Below are positions 1 to 9,841 of a DNA stretch of 43,877 bases, piece by piece. The position numbers and the translations under genes are program-made. The stretch is from positions 1 to 43,877 of the forward strand of contig CAJKQZ010000001.1 in assembly GCA_905202115.1 (NCBI GenBank), in the 5' to 3' direction. The DNA comes from an uncultured Prevotellaceae bacterium. GTDB lineage: Bacteria > Bacteroidota > Bacteroidia > Bacteroidales > Bacteroidaceae. A model generated the notes under the pieces. It was given only the letters and a program-made list of their open reading frames with translations. It was not told where the DNA came from and did no database searches. The stretch's first letter is position 1; every line of letters starts with the position of its first letter.

Positions 1-79
1 ATCTCAGACATATTTTTTGCTACATATACACATGCTGATTTTCAAGTGCTTGGCGAGTGACCGTTTTTGTCTGCAAAAC
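1..79 (+). repeat. dispersed intergenic repeat, copy A (5' part cut off by the window edge)
   Basis: It starts inside the right hairpin arm: 'atctcagacatattttttgctacatatacacatgctgattttcaagtgcttggcgagtgaccgtttttgtctgcaaaac'. It aligns base-for-base with the 3' halves of copies B-H. Confidence 0.9.
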
Positions 80-326
80 CACGTGAATTTCCGGTATTTT
101 TATTAAAGGTGTCTATGAAACTGTTCAATACTATAAAAAATGTGACTTTGTGAGTATGGATATTCATTCAACTTAAACCTCAATGCAAACAGCTTGAATT
201 TATCCAGAAATTCGTTCTAAAAACCGATACAAGGTTTTGGAACGAAAAATGATTTCGGTATTAAAAATACATGTATATATACGTCTCCTATAGTTTTTCG
301 TATATTGAAAATAAATTCAGTTTTAA

Positions 327-358
327 ATTGTATACATAAAAAATACTTAGTACTTTTG
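327..358 (+). promoter_or_regulatory. candidate Bacteroidota sigma-A promoter for lplA and the gcv operon
   Basis: Exact -7 box TAnnTTTG ('tacttttg', 351..358) lies 37 nt upstream of the ATG. 'attg' lies 20 nt upstream as a weak -33. Confidence 0.4.
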
Positions 359-394
359 AACTCAATGTTTGGTACGAAATAAATAGACAATAGG

Positions 395-1369
395 ATGTAT
401 TATTTAAAACTTCCGCAGATTGGTACACAGAAGTTGTCGTTCTATCTTGCAACAGAGGAATATGCTGCAAGATATCTGGAGCCGGACCCTATATTCTTTT
501 ATTGGCAGGTTGAGCCGAGTGTGATAATCGGACGGAACCAAAACATTGATAAAGAAGTTAATCTTGATTATTGCAGGGAGCAGGGGATAAATGTTTTTCG
601 TCGTAAAAGCGGTGGCGGATGTGTATATGCCGACAAGAGCAATGTCATGCTCGCATATATAGCCAAAGGAGAAGATGTGCAGCTTACATATTCTAATTAT
701 ACAACTTTGGTGGTTAGTGCATTGAAACGAATGGGCTTTAATGTGCAGGCAACGGGACGGAACGACATAGTGGTGGACGGAGGAAAGGTTAGCGGTTCCG
801 CTTTCTATCATCTTCCTGGACGAAATATCGTTCATGGAACTTTGCTTTACGATACAAATATGCGGAACATGGTGGCAAGCATTACTCCGTCGAATGAAAA
901 GCTTGTGGCAAAAGGTGTGGAAAGTGTCAGAAGTAGGATTAACTTGCTGAAAGATTATACCGCTCTCACGCTTGATGAGATAAAGGATAATTTGCGCACA
1001 ATGCTGTGCTGCGATATCATATCGCTCGGCGATGACGACTTGGAAAGAATCCGCGAGATTGAAAAATCCTATGTGTCCGAAAGCTTTATTTATGGCAAAA
1101 GCAAGGCGTGGAATCACGTGCGTAGAAGTCGTATAGAAAATTGTGGTGACGTAGAAGTACGTTTGCGCATAGTGCAAGGAAAAATCGAGGCTGCGGAACT
1201 GGCGGGAGATTATTTCCTGCTTCGCGATACGGACGAGGAACTGTCTAAAGCCATGCTGGGAGCCGAACTTGAAGAAAGTTCGCTTTTGTCCTGTTTTGAA
1301 AAATTTCCTCCCGAACAGTGTGTCAGAGGATTGAAAACAAAAGATTTAATAAGACTTATTCTTAGCTGA
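395..1369 (+). CDS. lplA: lipoate-protein ligase A family protein
   Basis: 324-aa ORF with an LplA-type catalytic pattern, including 'RRKSGGGCVYAD' (RRxSGGG-type lipoyl-AMP motif) and 'GGKVSGSAF'. It lies directly upstream of gcvT-gcvH, whose H protein is the expected substrate. Confidence 0.85.
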   Translation: MYYLKLPQIGTQKLSFYLATEEYAARYLEPDPIFFYWQVEPSVIIGRNQNIDKEVNLDYCREQGINVFRRKSGGGCVYADKSNVMLAYIAKGEDVQLTYSNYTTLVVSALKRMGFNVQATGRNDIVVDGGKVSGSAFYHLPGRNIVHGTLLYDTNMRNMVASITPSNEKLVAKGVESVRSRINLLKDYTALTLDEIKDNLRTMLCCDIISLGDDDLERIREIEKSYVSESFIYGKSKAWNHVRRSRIENCGDVEVRLRIVQGKIEAAELAGDYFLLRDTDEELSKAMLGAELEESSLLSCFEKFPPEQCVRGLKTKDLIRLILS

Positions 1370-1416
1370 TAATAAAATATATTAACCATAATAACAGATA
1401 AAACAATAAAAATACC

Positions 1417-2526
1417 ATGAATGTTTCTGATCAAACGGCAAACAAAAAAACCTGCCTTTACGACCGTCATGTGGAGTTAGGGGCAAAGATAAGTCCTTTC
1501 GGGGGCTTCGACATGCCTATCCAATATAGCGATATTATTACAGAGCATAATGCCGTGCGCAATGATTGCGGAGTGTTCGATGTGTCGCACATGGGAGAAG
1601 TTTCGGTAAAGGGGCCCGACGCCGAACGGTATGTGCAGCATATATTTACAAATGACATAGAGAATGCGCCAATAGGTAAGATATATTACGGGATAATGCT
1701 CTATCCCGACGGAGGAGCCGTGGATGATTTGCTCGTTTATAAAATGGGAGAACAAGACTTCTTTCTTGTCATAAATGCAGCAAACATAGATAAGGATCTT
1801 GCCTGGATGCACGAAAACTCAAAAGGTTTCGATGTCGAGATAAACGATTTGAGCGGTTACTACGGGCAATTGGCCGTGCAAGGACCTAACTCCGAACATG
1901 TGGTGGAAAATGTGTTGCAACTTGATGTAAAGGATTTGGCTTTCTATACATTTAAGACCATTGAAACAGACGGACAATGTATAATAGTAAGCCGCACCGG
2001 CTATACAGGTGAAGACGGCTTTGAAATATATGGCAACCACTCATATATCGTAAAGTCGTGGGATAAACTTATTTCCAGCAAACAAGTCTTGCCTTGCGGG
2101 CTTGGAGCAAGAGATACATTGCGTTTTGAAGTAGGGCTCCCGCTTTACGGTCAGGAATTGAGCAAAGAAATTTCTCCGATAGAGGCGGGATTGGGCATAT
2201 TCGTTAAAACAGAAAAGCCCGATTTCATCGGCAAAGAAGCAATGATCAAGCAAAAATCCGAAGGCACACCATATAAAGTGGTCGGTATTGAACTTGATGA
2301 TAAGGCAATTCCCCGTCATGGGTATGAGGTGGAATGCGACGGAAAGGTCGTAGGTACTGTAACTACGGGATATAATTCTATATCTACAGGCAAAAGTGTT
2401 GCTATGGCATTGGTGGAGACTTCTTATTCACGACAAGGAACTCGATTGGACGTGAAAATTCATCGGAAGTTGCACTCCGCTGTTGTTACAAAGAAAAGAT
2501 TCTATGAAAAGAAATATAAAAAATAA
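1417..2526 (+). CDS. gcvT: glycine cleavage system aminomethyltransferase (T protein)
   Basis: 369 aa with typical GcvT motifs ('PIQYS', 'FDVSHMGE', 'RTGYTGEDGFEI'). It sits in operon context with gcvH and gcvP. Confidence 0.93.
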   Translation: MNVSDQTANKKTCLYDRHVELGAKISPFGGFDMPIQYSDIITEHNAVRNDCGVFDVSHMGEVSVKGPDAERYVQHIFTNDIENAPIGKIYYGIMLYPDGGAVDDLLVYKMGEQDFFLVINAANIDKDLAWMHENSKGFDVEINDLSGYYGQLAVQGPNSEHVVENVLQLDVKDLAFYTFKTIETDGQCIIVSRTGYTGEDGFEIYGNHSYIVKSWDKLISSKQVLPCGLGARDTLRFEVGLPLYGQELSKEISPIEAGLGIFVKTEKPDFIGKEAMIKQKSEGTPYKVVGIELDDKAIPRHGYEVECDGKVVGTVTTGYNSISTGKSVAMALVETSYSRQGTRLDVKIHRKLHSAVVTKKRFYEKKYKK

Positions 2527-2538
2527 AAATTTACAACT

Positions 2539-2916
2539 ATGGCAAATGTATTGAATGACTGCTTATATGCAAAGTCGCACGAATTTGTTCGCGTTGAAGG
2601 CGAATATGCTTATGTCGGTATAACCGATTATGCACAACAGCAACTGGGCAACGTTGTTTATGTGGATATGCCCGAAGTTGGTGATGATGTTACGGCTAAT
2701 GAAGAGTTCGGAGCCGTAGAAAGCGTCAAGGCCGCAAGCGACTTGATATCGCCTGTTAGCGGAACAGTAGAGGAGGTAAACGAAGAGCTGGAAGACGACC
2801 CTGGTATTATAAATGCCGACGCTTTTAAGAACTGGATTATAAAAGTGAAACTTTCCGATAAATCAGAACTCGAGAAATTGCTTAATGCCGAGCAATATCA
2901 AGAGATTTGTAAATAA
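2539..2916 (+). CDS. gcvH: glycine cleavage system H protein
   Basis: 125 aa with the lipoyl-lysine motif 'AVESVKAASDL' and the typical H-protein length. Confidence 0.93.
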   Translation: MANVLNDCLYAKSHEFVRVEGEYAYVGITDYAQQQLGNVVYVDMPEVGDDVTANEEFGAVESVKAASDLISPVSGTVEEVNEELEDDPGIINADAFKNWIIKVKLSDKSELEKLLNAEQYQEICK

Positions 2917-2927
2917 AAAAGATAATT

Positions 2928-4253
2928 ATGAGCCAAAAATATTTGCCTCATACAGAAAGCGATTTATCGGAAATGCTTTCAGTCACTGGCGTAAGTTCAT
3001 TGCAGAATTTATATGATGACATTCCCGATAATCTTAAATTGAAAGGCGATTATGATTTGCCTTCTGCAATGTCGGAATTGGAAATACGTAAGACATTTGC
3101 TTCGCTTGCAGAGAAAAATAAGGTACTTACATGTTTTGCCGGAGGTGGAGTATATGATCATTATATACCTGCCGTTTCAGATTACATAGTTTCCCGCTCG
3201 GAATTTCTTACCTGCTATACGCCTTACCAGGCGGAAATATCGCAGGGAACCTTGCAATATATTTTCGAGTATCAAACGATGATGGTTGCGCTTACCGGAT
3301 TGGAAATTTCAAATGCAAGCTTGTACGACGGAGCCACAGCTGCAGCAGAAGCAATGATGACAGCCATTGCTGTTACCAAGAAAAAGTCACGGGTTTTGTT
3401 ATCTGCAACTCTGAATCCGAGGGTCATCAAAGTGGTTGAAACGTATGCAAAATTTAATGGTGTTAAGCTAACTGTCATTCCCGAGAGCGACGGAGTTACA
3501 GACCTCGAAGCCATGCGCGTAGAGTTAGCTGTGGGCGATGTGGCTGGAGTTATATTGCCGGAGCCTAATTACTATGGGATTGTTGAGGACTTTACAGGCG
3601 TTGCCGACGATATTCATGCAGCAAAAGCTGTTATGATTGTGCATTGCGTGCCTTCGGATTTGGCTTATCTTAAAACTCCTGGAGAGTGGGGAGCTGATAT
3701 AGCCGTAGGCAGCGGGCAGTCATTGGGCTTATCTATGTCTTATGGTGGTCCATACGTAGGTTTTTTCTGTGCTCGAAAGAGTATTTTAAGAAAAATGCCA
3801 GGAAGAATCGTCGGAGCTACGGTTGACTCTAAAGGACGTCGTGCGTTTTGTCTTACAATGCAAACCCGCGAGCAGCATATCCGTAGAGAAAAAGCGACTT
3901 CTAACATTTGTTCTAATCAAGGAGTAATGACGCTGTATATAGCGATATATCTTTCGCTTATGGGTAAAAGAGGATTGCAAGAAGCCGCAGCGATTTCTTA
4001 TTCTGGTGCACATTATCTGTATAAGGCTCTTATGGATAGTGGGAAATTTAAACAGGTTTATAGCGCTCCTTTCTTTAATGAATTTTGTCTTGAAGCGAAG
4101 TTCGATTTAAATGAATGGGAACGCATTTGTACCGAGAACGGAATTATGGGAGGAATAAGAATAGATAATACGAATCGATTATTATTCGCCGTTACAGAAG
4201 TAAATACAAAAGAAGATATGGATAAACTCGTATCTTTAACGAATTTGTTATAG
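2928..4253 (+). CDS. gcvPA: glycine dehydrogenase (aminomethyl-transferring) subunit 1
   Basis: 441 aa with a split P-protein alpha-subunit pattern ('TCYTPYQAEISQGTLQ', 'GGPYVGFF'). It lies between gcvH and gcvPB. Confidence 0.9.
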   Translation: MSQKYLPHTESDLSEMLSVTGVSSLQNLYDDIPDNLKLKGDYDLPSAMSELEIRKTFASLAEKNKVLTCFAGGGVYDHYIPAVSDYIVSRSEFLTCYTPYQAEISQGTLQYIFEYQTMMVALTGLEISNASLYDGATAAAEAMMTAIAVTKKKSRVLLSATLNPRVIKVVETYAKFNGVKLTVIPESDGVTDLEAMRVELAVGDVAGVILPEPNYYGIVEDFTGVADDIHAAKAVMIVHCVPSDLAYLKTPGEWGADIAVGSGQSLGLSMSYGGPYVGFFCARKSILRKMPGRIVGATVDSKGRRAFCLTMQTREQHIRREKATSNICSNQGVMTLYIAIYLSLMGKRGLQEAAAISYSGAHYLYKALMDSGKFKQVYSAPFFNEFCLEAKFDLNEWERICTENGIMGGIRIDNTNRLLFAVTEVNTKEDMDKLVSLTNLL

Positions 4254-4265
4254 AATAGTTGCGTT

Positions 4266-5725
4266 ATGAATAATAAATATTATGGCAAATTGATTTTTGA
4301 ATTGTCACATCCGGGACGTATTGGCTATTCACTGCCAAATAATGGAGCGGAAAAATATTCTGTTAAAGAATTAGATGAAAATTTGATAAGGAAAGAGGAT
4401 TTGTCGTTGCCCGAAGTAGATGAGCTTACTGTTGTGAGACATTATACAAATATGAGCAACAATAATTTTGGCGTAGATACCGGTTTTTATCCATTGGGAA
4501 GTTGTACAATGAAGTACAATCCCAAAATAAATGAAGAAGTTTGCCGGATTCCTCAATTTGCAAAACTTCATCCGCTTCAGCCGGAAAATACAGTTCAAGG
4601 AGCATTGGAAATATATTATGAACTCCAGTCCGCCCTTTCTCGTATTTGTGGAATGGAGGAATTTACTCTTAATCCTTTTGCCGGGGCTCATGGAGAATTG
4701 ACGGGCTTAATGATAATAAGGGAATATCATATTAGCCGAAATGATAATAAACGTACAAAAATAATAGTTCCTGATTCTGCTCACGGCACAAATCCTGCGT
4801 CGGCTGCACGTTGCGGCCTTCAAGTTATAGAGGTAAAAAGCAAAGAAGATGGCAGAATTGACGTTGAAGAATTGAAAAACCTTTTAGGAGATGATATAGC
4901 GGGAATGATGATGACTAATCCTAATACTTTGGGGCTTTTTGAATATGATATACCTGAAATCGCAAAGTTGATTCATGGTTCAGGAGGCTTGATGCAAATC
5001 TTAATCCGCTGCTCGGTGCTTGTCGTCCTGGAGATATGGGTTTTGACGTAATGCACTTGAATTTACATAAGACATTTTCTACCCCTCACGGTGGAGGGGG
5101 CCCCGGCGCCGGTCCTGTCGGCGTTCGTAAAGGTTTGGAACAGTTTTTACCTAACCCTAAAGTTGTAAAAGGAAAAGATAATGAGTATGAAATTGTATGT
5201 TCCGAAAAAGCAATAGGTAGTATTTCTGAGCAACTCGGCAATTATGCTGTTTTGTTACGTGCATACTCATATATACTTACAATGGGCAAAGAAAATTTGA
5301 AACAAATAGGTCCGTTATCCGTCCTGAACGCTATGTATGTTAGAGAAAAGCTTAGAGGCAAATACGAATTACCTATAAATTCTCTTTGTAAGCATGAGTT
5401 CGTTTTCAATGGATTAAAGGATAAGTCTACAGGAGTTACGACTCTTGATATAGCAAAACGATTATTGGATTATGGATTTCATGCACCTACTATCTATTTC
5501 CCATTGTTGTTTCATGAAGCTATAATGATAGAGCCTACAGAGAGCGAATGTAAAGAAACGTTAGACGAGTTCATAGAAACGATGCTGTTAATAGCAGACG
5601 AAGCGGTTAATAACCCTGAATTAGTTAAGACAGCTCCTCATAATACTCCTATTTCTCGTTTAGATGAAGTGAAGGCAGCCCGTGAACCGCAACTTACATA
5701 CAAAGAATTAAATGAAGCTCTGTAA
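4266..5725 (+). pseudogene. gcvPB: glycine dehydrogenase subunit 2, reading frame broken near 4989-4996
   Basis: Two overlapping ORFs (4266..5051 and 5036..5725) together cover one GcvPB. The first carries '...[13 protein letters not shown]...[11 protein letters not shown]...NPNTLGLFE...'. The second frame, read upstream of its ATG, gives '[39 protein letters not shown]', which includes the PLP-lysine motif. The total span of 1460 nt is not a multiple of 3. Confidence 0.75.
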
Positions 5726-5730
5726 ACCAA

Positions 5731-7107
5731 ATGACAGAAGTAGATCTTATAATAATAGGAGGCGGCCCTGGTGGGTATGAAACTGCTTTAAGTGCTTCTC
5801 GTGCCGGCTTAAGAACCGTGCTCATCGAAGCCGAAAAGTTAGGCGGTACTTGTCTTAACGAAGGGTGTATTCCAACAAAATGTCTTTGTCGAACTGCAGA
5901 AGTTGTTGAGCTCTGTAAAGGCGCAGAAGTTTTTGGCATTGAATGCATAGACGTAAAATTCGACATTAAAAAAGCTCAAGAGAGGAAAAACCAAGTTGTC
6001 GAAGCTTTGCAAAGCGGCGTGCTAACACTTATGAGTTCAGCTAAAGTCCATGTTATTTATGGTTGGGCTAAGTTTTCTGACAGAAAAACTGTTGTTGTAG
6101 AAAATGCGGTTACTTTAGATGGAATTTCTGTTGATTCGGAATATACAGCAAAGAACATAATAATAGCAACAGGTTCAAAACCTAAATTTTTACCGGTAGC
6201 AGGCTCTGATTTGGAAGGTGTCTTGACTTCAAAAGAGTTGCTTTCCATTGAAACTATACCAGCTTCTTTATGTATAATAGGAGGTGGAGTAATAGGAATA
6301 GAGTTCGCGTCGATATTTTCTTCATTTGGTTCAAAAGTATCCGTTATAGAGTTTTGCAAAGAAATTTTACCAAATTTCGACACTGAACTTTCTAAGCGTT
6401 TGCGTTTGAATTTGAAACGCAAGGGCGTTGCTTTTTGTACCGGATCAGCGGTTACGGAAATAAAAAAAGTCGATAATAGATTTTCTGTAAGTTATAGAAC
6501 CGGTAATGATGAAGATAAGATTGAAGCAGATGTCGTTTTAATGGCTGTAGGACGTGTGGCAAATACAGATTCCTTGAATTTGCAGGATGTAGGTGTTATG
6601 ACTGACAAACGTGGCATTGTTGTGGACGAAAATTTCCAAACATCTGTAAAAGGAGTATATGCAGTCGGTGATATTAACGGTATATGTCAGTTGGCTCATG
6701 CTGCGAAGTTTCAGGGGCAACGTGTCTTGAAGGCTATTATGGGTGAATCGGACAGTTTTAATTTCGGGGTCATTCCTGCTGCGGTGTTTACAGATCCGGA
6801 GTTTGCTATGGTAGGAAAAACGGAGAACGAATGCCGTACAAATGATATAGCATATAAAGTTCATAAGGCTTTCTTCCGTGCAAATGGTAAGGCTTTAGCT
6901 TTGAATGGCTCTGAAGGTTTAGTTAAATTAATAACTTCGTCTGATGATAAAATATTAGGCTGTCATATTCTTGGACCTCATGCTTCGGATCTTATAGAAG
7001 AAGTAGCTATAGTAATGCAGCACGAAGGAAATTTGGATGATATAAGACAGACAATACACGCTCATCCTACTTTAGGAGAGGTGGTTTGGGAAGCTGCTTC
7101 CGAATAG
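5731..7107 (+). CDS. lpdA: dihydrolipoyl dehydrogenase (L protein / E3)
   Basis: 458 aa with the FAD motif 'GGGPGGY', redox-active disulfide 'CLNEGCIPTK', NAD motif 'GGGVIGIEFA' and C-terminal 'HAHPTLGE'. Confidence 0.9.
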   Translation: MTEVDLIIIGGGPGGYETALSASRAGLRTVLIEAEKLGGTCLNEGCIPTKCLCRTAEVVELCKGAEVFGIECIDVKFDIKKAQERKNQVVEALQSGVLTLMSSAKVHVIYGWAKFSDRKTVVVENAVTLDGISVDSEYTAKNIIIATGSKPKFLPVAGSDLEGVLTSKELLSIETIPASLCIIGGGVIGIEFASIFSSFGSKVSVIEFCKEILPNFDTELSKRLRLNLKRKGVAFCTGSAVTEIKKVDNRFSVSYRTGNDEDKIEADVVLMAVGRVANTDSLNLQDVGVMTDKRGIVVDENFQTSVKGVYAVGDINGICQLAHAAKFQGQRVLKAIMGESDSFNFGVIPAAVFTDPEFAMVGKTENECRTNDIAYKVHKAFFRANGKALALNGSEGLVKLITSSDDKILGCHILGPHASDLIEEVAIVMQHEGNLDDIRQTIHAHPTLGEVVWEAASE

Positions 7108-7148
7108 CTTTCTGTAACTATAATGTAATTAAATAATAAATAAATAGA

Positions 7149-8201
7149 ATGAACAAAAAGGTAGCTTTAATATCCGGTATAACAGGGCAGGACGGTTCTT
7201 TTCTTGCAGAATTCTTGCTTGGTAAAGGTTATGAAGTGCATGGTATATTACGTCGCTCATCTTCGTTCAACACAGGAAGGATAGAACATCTTTATCTGCG
7301 AGAATGGGTTAAGGATATGAAGAATCCGCGCAAAGTCGATTTACATTATGGTGATATGACGGATTCTTCATCTCTATTACGTATAATACAGAAAATACAG
7401 CCGGATGAAATATATAATTTAGCAGCTCAAAGTCATGTTAAGGTCAGTTTTGACGTACCGGAATATACGGCCGAAACCGTTGCTCTCGGAACGTTGAGAA
7501 TGCTTGAGGCTGTGAGAATACTCGGCTTGGAGAAAAAGACAAGGATATATCAGGCTTCTACTTCCGAATTGTTCGGAAAAGTTCAGGAGATACCTCAACG
7601 GGAAACTACTCCTTTCTATCCCCGTTCTCCTTATGGAGTAGCTAAATTATATGGTTATTGGATTGTCAATAATTACCGTGAAAGCTATGGAATGTTCGCC
7701 GTAAATGGTATATTGTTCAATCATGAAAGTGAGCGTCGTGGAGAAAATTTTGTAACCAGAAAGATTACTCTTGCCGCTGCCAATATAGCGAAGGGTTTGC
7801 AGGACAGATTGTATCTTGGAAACTTGAATGCGAAACGAGACTGGGGGTATGCGCGTGATTACGTTGAATGCATGTGGCTTATGCTTCAACACGATAAGCC
7901 GGAAGATTTTGTTATTGCTACTGGCGAACAGCATTCTGTTCGTGAATTTGCAACTCTTGCATTCCATTACGCAGGAATAGAAATTGAATGGCAGGGAGAG
8001 GGTATAAATGAGAAGGGAATAGATAAGTCCACGGGTAAAATTCTCATAGAAGTAGACCCGCGTTTTTTCCGTCCTTCGGAAGTTGACCAGCTTCTTGGCG
8101 ATCCGACAAAGGCCAAGACATTATTAGGCTGGAATCCTACTGCCACTTCGTTCAATGAGCTTGTAAGAATAATGGTTGAACACGATATGAAGAGCGTTTA
8201 A
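7149..8201 (+). CDS. gmd: GDP-mannose 4,6-dehydratase
   Basis: 350 aa with '[44 protein letters not shown]' and '[17 protein letters not shown]', both typical of Gmd. Confidence 0.95.
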   Translation: MNKKVALISGITGQDGSFLAEFLLGKGYEVHGILRRSSSFNTGRIEHLYLREWVKDMKNPRKVDLHYGDMTDSSSLLRIIQKIQPDEIYNLAAQSHVKVSFDVPEYTAETVALGTLRMLEAVRILGLEKKTRIYQASTSELFGKVQEIPQRETTPFYPRSPYGVAKLYGYWIVNNYRESYGMFAVNGILFNHESERRGENFVTRKITLAAANIAKGLQDRLYLGNLNAKRDWGYARDYVECMWLMLQHDKPEDFVIATGEQHSVREFATLAFHYAGIEIEWQGEGINEKGIDKSTGKILIEVDPRFFRPSEVDQLLGDPTKAKTLLGWNPTATSFNELVRIMVEHDMKSV

Positions 8202-8217
8202 GACGTTGCAATTCGGT

Positions 8218-9324
8218 ATGAATAAAAGTGCGAAAATCTATGTTGCCGGTCATCGGGGATTGGTCGGCTCGGCTATCAGCAATAATTTAATATCTAAAGG
8301 ATATACTAATGTAATAGGGCGTACACATGAGCAACTTGATTTGCTCGACGGCTTATCGGTAAGAAAATTTTTCGATGAAGAGCGCCCTGATTACGTAGTT
8401 CTTGCAGCGGCATTCGTTGGTGGAATAATGGCTAACAGCAAGTATCGTGCAGATTTTATATATCGCAACCTTCAGATACAACAAAATGTAATAGGTGAGA
8501 GTTTTCGCCATGAAGTAAAAAAGCTTTTGTTTCTCGGCTCTACCTGTATTTATCCACGTGAAGCTCCGCAGCCCATGAGTGAGGATGTGCTTTTGACATC
8601 ACCATTGGAGTACACAAACGAACCTTATGCGATTGCAAAGATTGCAGGATTGAAGATGTGCGAGAGCTTTAATCTTGAGTATGGCACAAACTATATTGCT
8701 GTTATGCCTACTAATCTTTACGGGCCGAACGACAACTTTCATCTTGAAAATGGACATGTGCTGCCATCTATTGTTAGAAAAATCCACCTTGCGCGTTGTC
8801 TTAATGAAAATCGTGAGGAAGATTTACGTCTCGACTTAAATGTCAGACCGATTGGACATGTGGACGGAACTGCACCTATGTCGGAAATTATTAATCTGCT
8901 TACCGAGTATGGAATAACGGCAGACGGACTTATGCTATGGGGAACAGGCCGCCCGTTACGTGAGTTCCTTTGGAGTGAAGATATGGCAGATGCAAGCGTG
9001 TTTGTAATGGAACATGTTGATTTTAAAGACACATATAAAGAAGGAGAAAAAGAAATACGAAATTGTCATATAAATGTCGGAACAGGTAAAGAAATAACTA
9101 TTGCCCGTTTGGCAGATTTGGTAAAATCGGTTGTAGGATATAAAGGACGTGTGGGTTTTGACGGTATACATCCTGACGGAACCATGCGCAAACTTACAGA
9201 TGTGACCAAACTGCATAATTTGGGCTGGCGTCATAAAGTGGAAATAGAAGAAGGAGTGGGGCGCTTGTATGAATGGTATTTACATTCGTTGTCTGCCTGT
9301 AACAACAATGTAGCCGTTCGTTGA
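8218..9324 (+). CDS. fcl: GDP-L-fucose synthase
   Basis: SDR-type 'IYVAGHRGLVGSAI' and 'YAIAKIAG' (YxxxK), immediately after gmd. I prefer the ATG at 8218 over the TTG at 8206 used by the ORF track. At 368 aa it is longer than the roughly 320-aa E. coli-type enzyme as I remember it, apparently because of an insertion around residues 195-240. Confidence 0.9.
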   Translation: MNKSAKIYVAGHRGLVGSAISNNLISKGYTNVIGRTHEQLDLLDGLSVRKFFDEERPDYVVLAAAFVGGIMANSKYRADFIYRNLQIQQNVIGESFRHEVKKLLFLGSTCIYPREAPQPMSEDVLLTSPLEYTNEPYAIAKIAGLKMCESFNLEYGTNYIAVMPTNLYGPNDNFHLENGHVLPSIVRKIHLARCLNENREEDLRLDLNVRPIGHVDGTAPMSEIINLLTEYGITADGLMLWGTGRPLREFLWSEDMADASVFVMEHVDFKDTYKEGEKEIRNCHINVGTGKEITIARLADLVKSVVGYKGRVGFDGIHPDGTMRKLTDVTKLHNLGWRHKVEIEEGVGRLYEWYLHSLSACNNNVAVR

Positions 9325-9547
9325 TTGTAGATGACAAGACGTAATTTATTTCATAAGTGACCGTTTGTTAATCAGTGAAGTTTGGAGAATGAGCGGTCGT
9401 AAAAGATTCCAGCTATGTTATGAAGCTACATAAGGTTTCCGACATAGAGACGGTAAGAGGAGGATAAATTACAGTAAAACCAGCTTTTTTTTCCTGTTAT
9501 GGCTGTTATACGAAAGTGTAGAATGGTTTCTGTAAAAAATTAGTGTA

Positions 9548-9750
9548 GAAAAGATTTTTTAAGGACCGGCTTCCTGCGAAAAAAAATATTTTTTCGTGTG
9601 GTAAAAAACTTCCCGCAGGAAATTGAAAATACAAGGGAGATAATCGAAAATATGTCTGAGATAATTCAAAATATCTCAGACATATTTTTTGCTACATATA
9701 CATCTGCTGATTTTCAAGTGCTTGGCGGGTGACCGTTTTTGTCTGTAAAG
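9548..9750 (+). repeat. dispersed intergenic repeat, copy B (full)
   Basis: Conserved core runs 9600..9749. The palindrome arms are 9647..9663 and 9672..9688. It lies between the convergent fcl and lipid-kinase genes. Confidence 0.92.
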
Positions 9751-9812
9751 TCCGACTACTTTTTGTGTAAAAAGACAATAAATATAATGGCCGGCCGGAT
9801 ATTAGTTGTCAA

Positions 9813-9841
9813 ATTCTACAAAAAATTATTTTTTGTAGAAT
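9813..9841 (-). terminator. A/T-rich perfect palindrome overlapping the lipid-kinase stop codon; possible terminator
   Basis: The arms are 'attctacaaaaaat' (9813..9826) and 'attttttgtagaat' (9828..9841). The TAA stop (complement of 9826..9828) sits at the centre. Confidence 0.35.

Noticed and set aside
80-394. A glycine riboswitch upstream of the gcv operon; the 1370..1416 spacer was also checked.
   Set aside because: I could not find the conserved glycine-aptamer elements (GGAGAG...CACCGAAGGGGC...CTC-type cores). The second spacer is far too short.
5036-5725. The second gcvPB ORF as an independently translated C-terminal protein starting at the ATG at 5036 (MGFDV...).
   Set aside because: Homology continues upstream of this ATG in the same frame ([15 protein letters not shown]). 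The ATG is therefore an internal Met of the conserved 'PGDMGFDV' motif, not a genuine start.
8206-8217. N-terminal extensions in the ORF track that begin at TTG or GTG: fcl 8206, recG 19853, TIGR02757 27621, DUF177 32199, fabH 32943 and mlaE 38847. The upstream ATG at 10991 for spt is a similar case.
   Set aside because: In each case an in-frame ATG a few codons downstream coincides with where family-typical N-terminal sequence begins. The extensions add non-conserved residues. The starts remain unverified without proteomic or ribosome-profiling data.
9355-9370. A possible degenerate fragment of the repeat tail ('aagtgaccgtttgtta', sharing the 10-mer 'gtgaccgttt') about 190 nt upstream of copy B. 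There is a similar faint resemblance at 25151..25177 ('ccgctgttttctgcaaatag' versus 'ccgtttttgtctgcaaaac').
   Set aside because: Only short matches are present, with no flanking similarity that I can align confidently by eye. A sensitive nhmmer search would be needed before calling these relics.
9652-9732. A 26-codon micro-ORF inside the repeat: ATG in the left hairpin arm to the conserved TGA in 'ggtgaccg', e.g. MSEIIQNISDIFFATYTSADFQVLGG in copy B. The 21-nt deletion in copy G even keeps it in frame.
   Set aside because: Copies C, F and H have an in-frame TAA in the hairpin loop after 5 codons. The variable sites are non-synonymous (P/S/H/C at one codon, G/H/R/E at the last). The conservation pattern follows the stems rather than codon positions.
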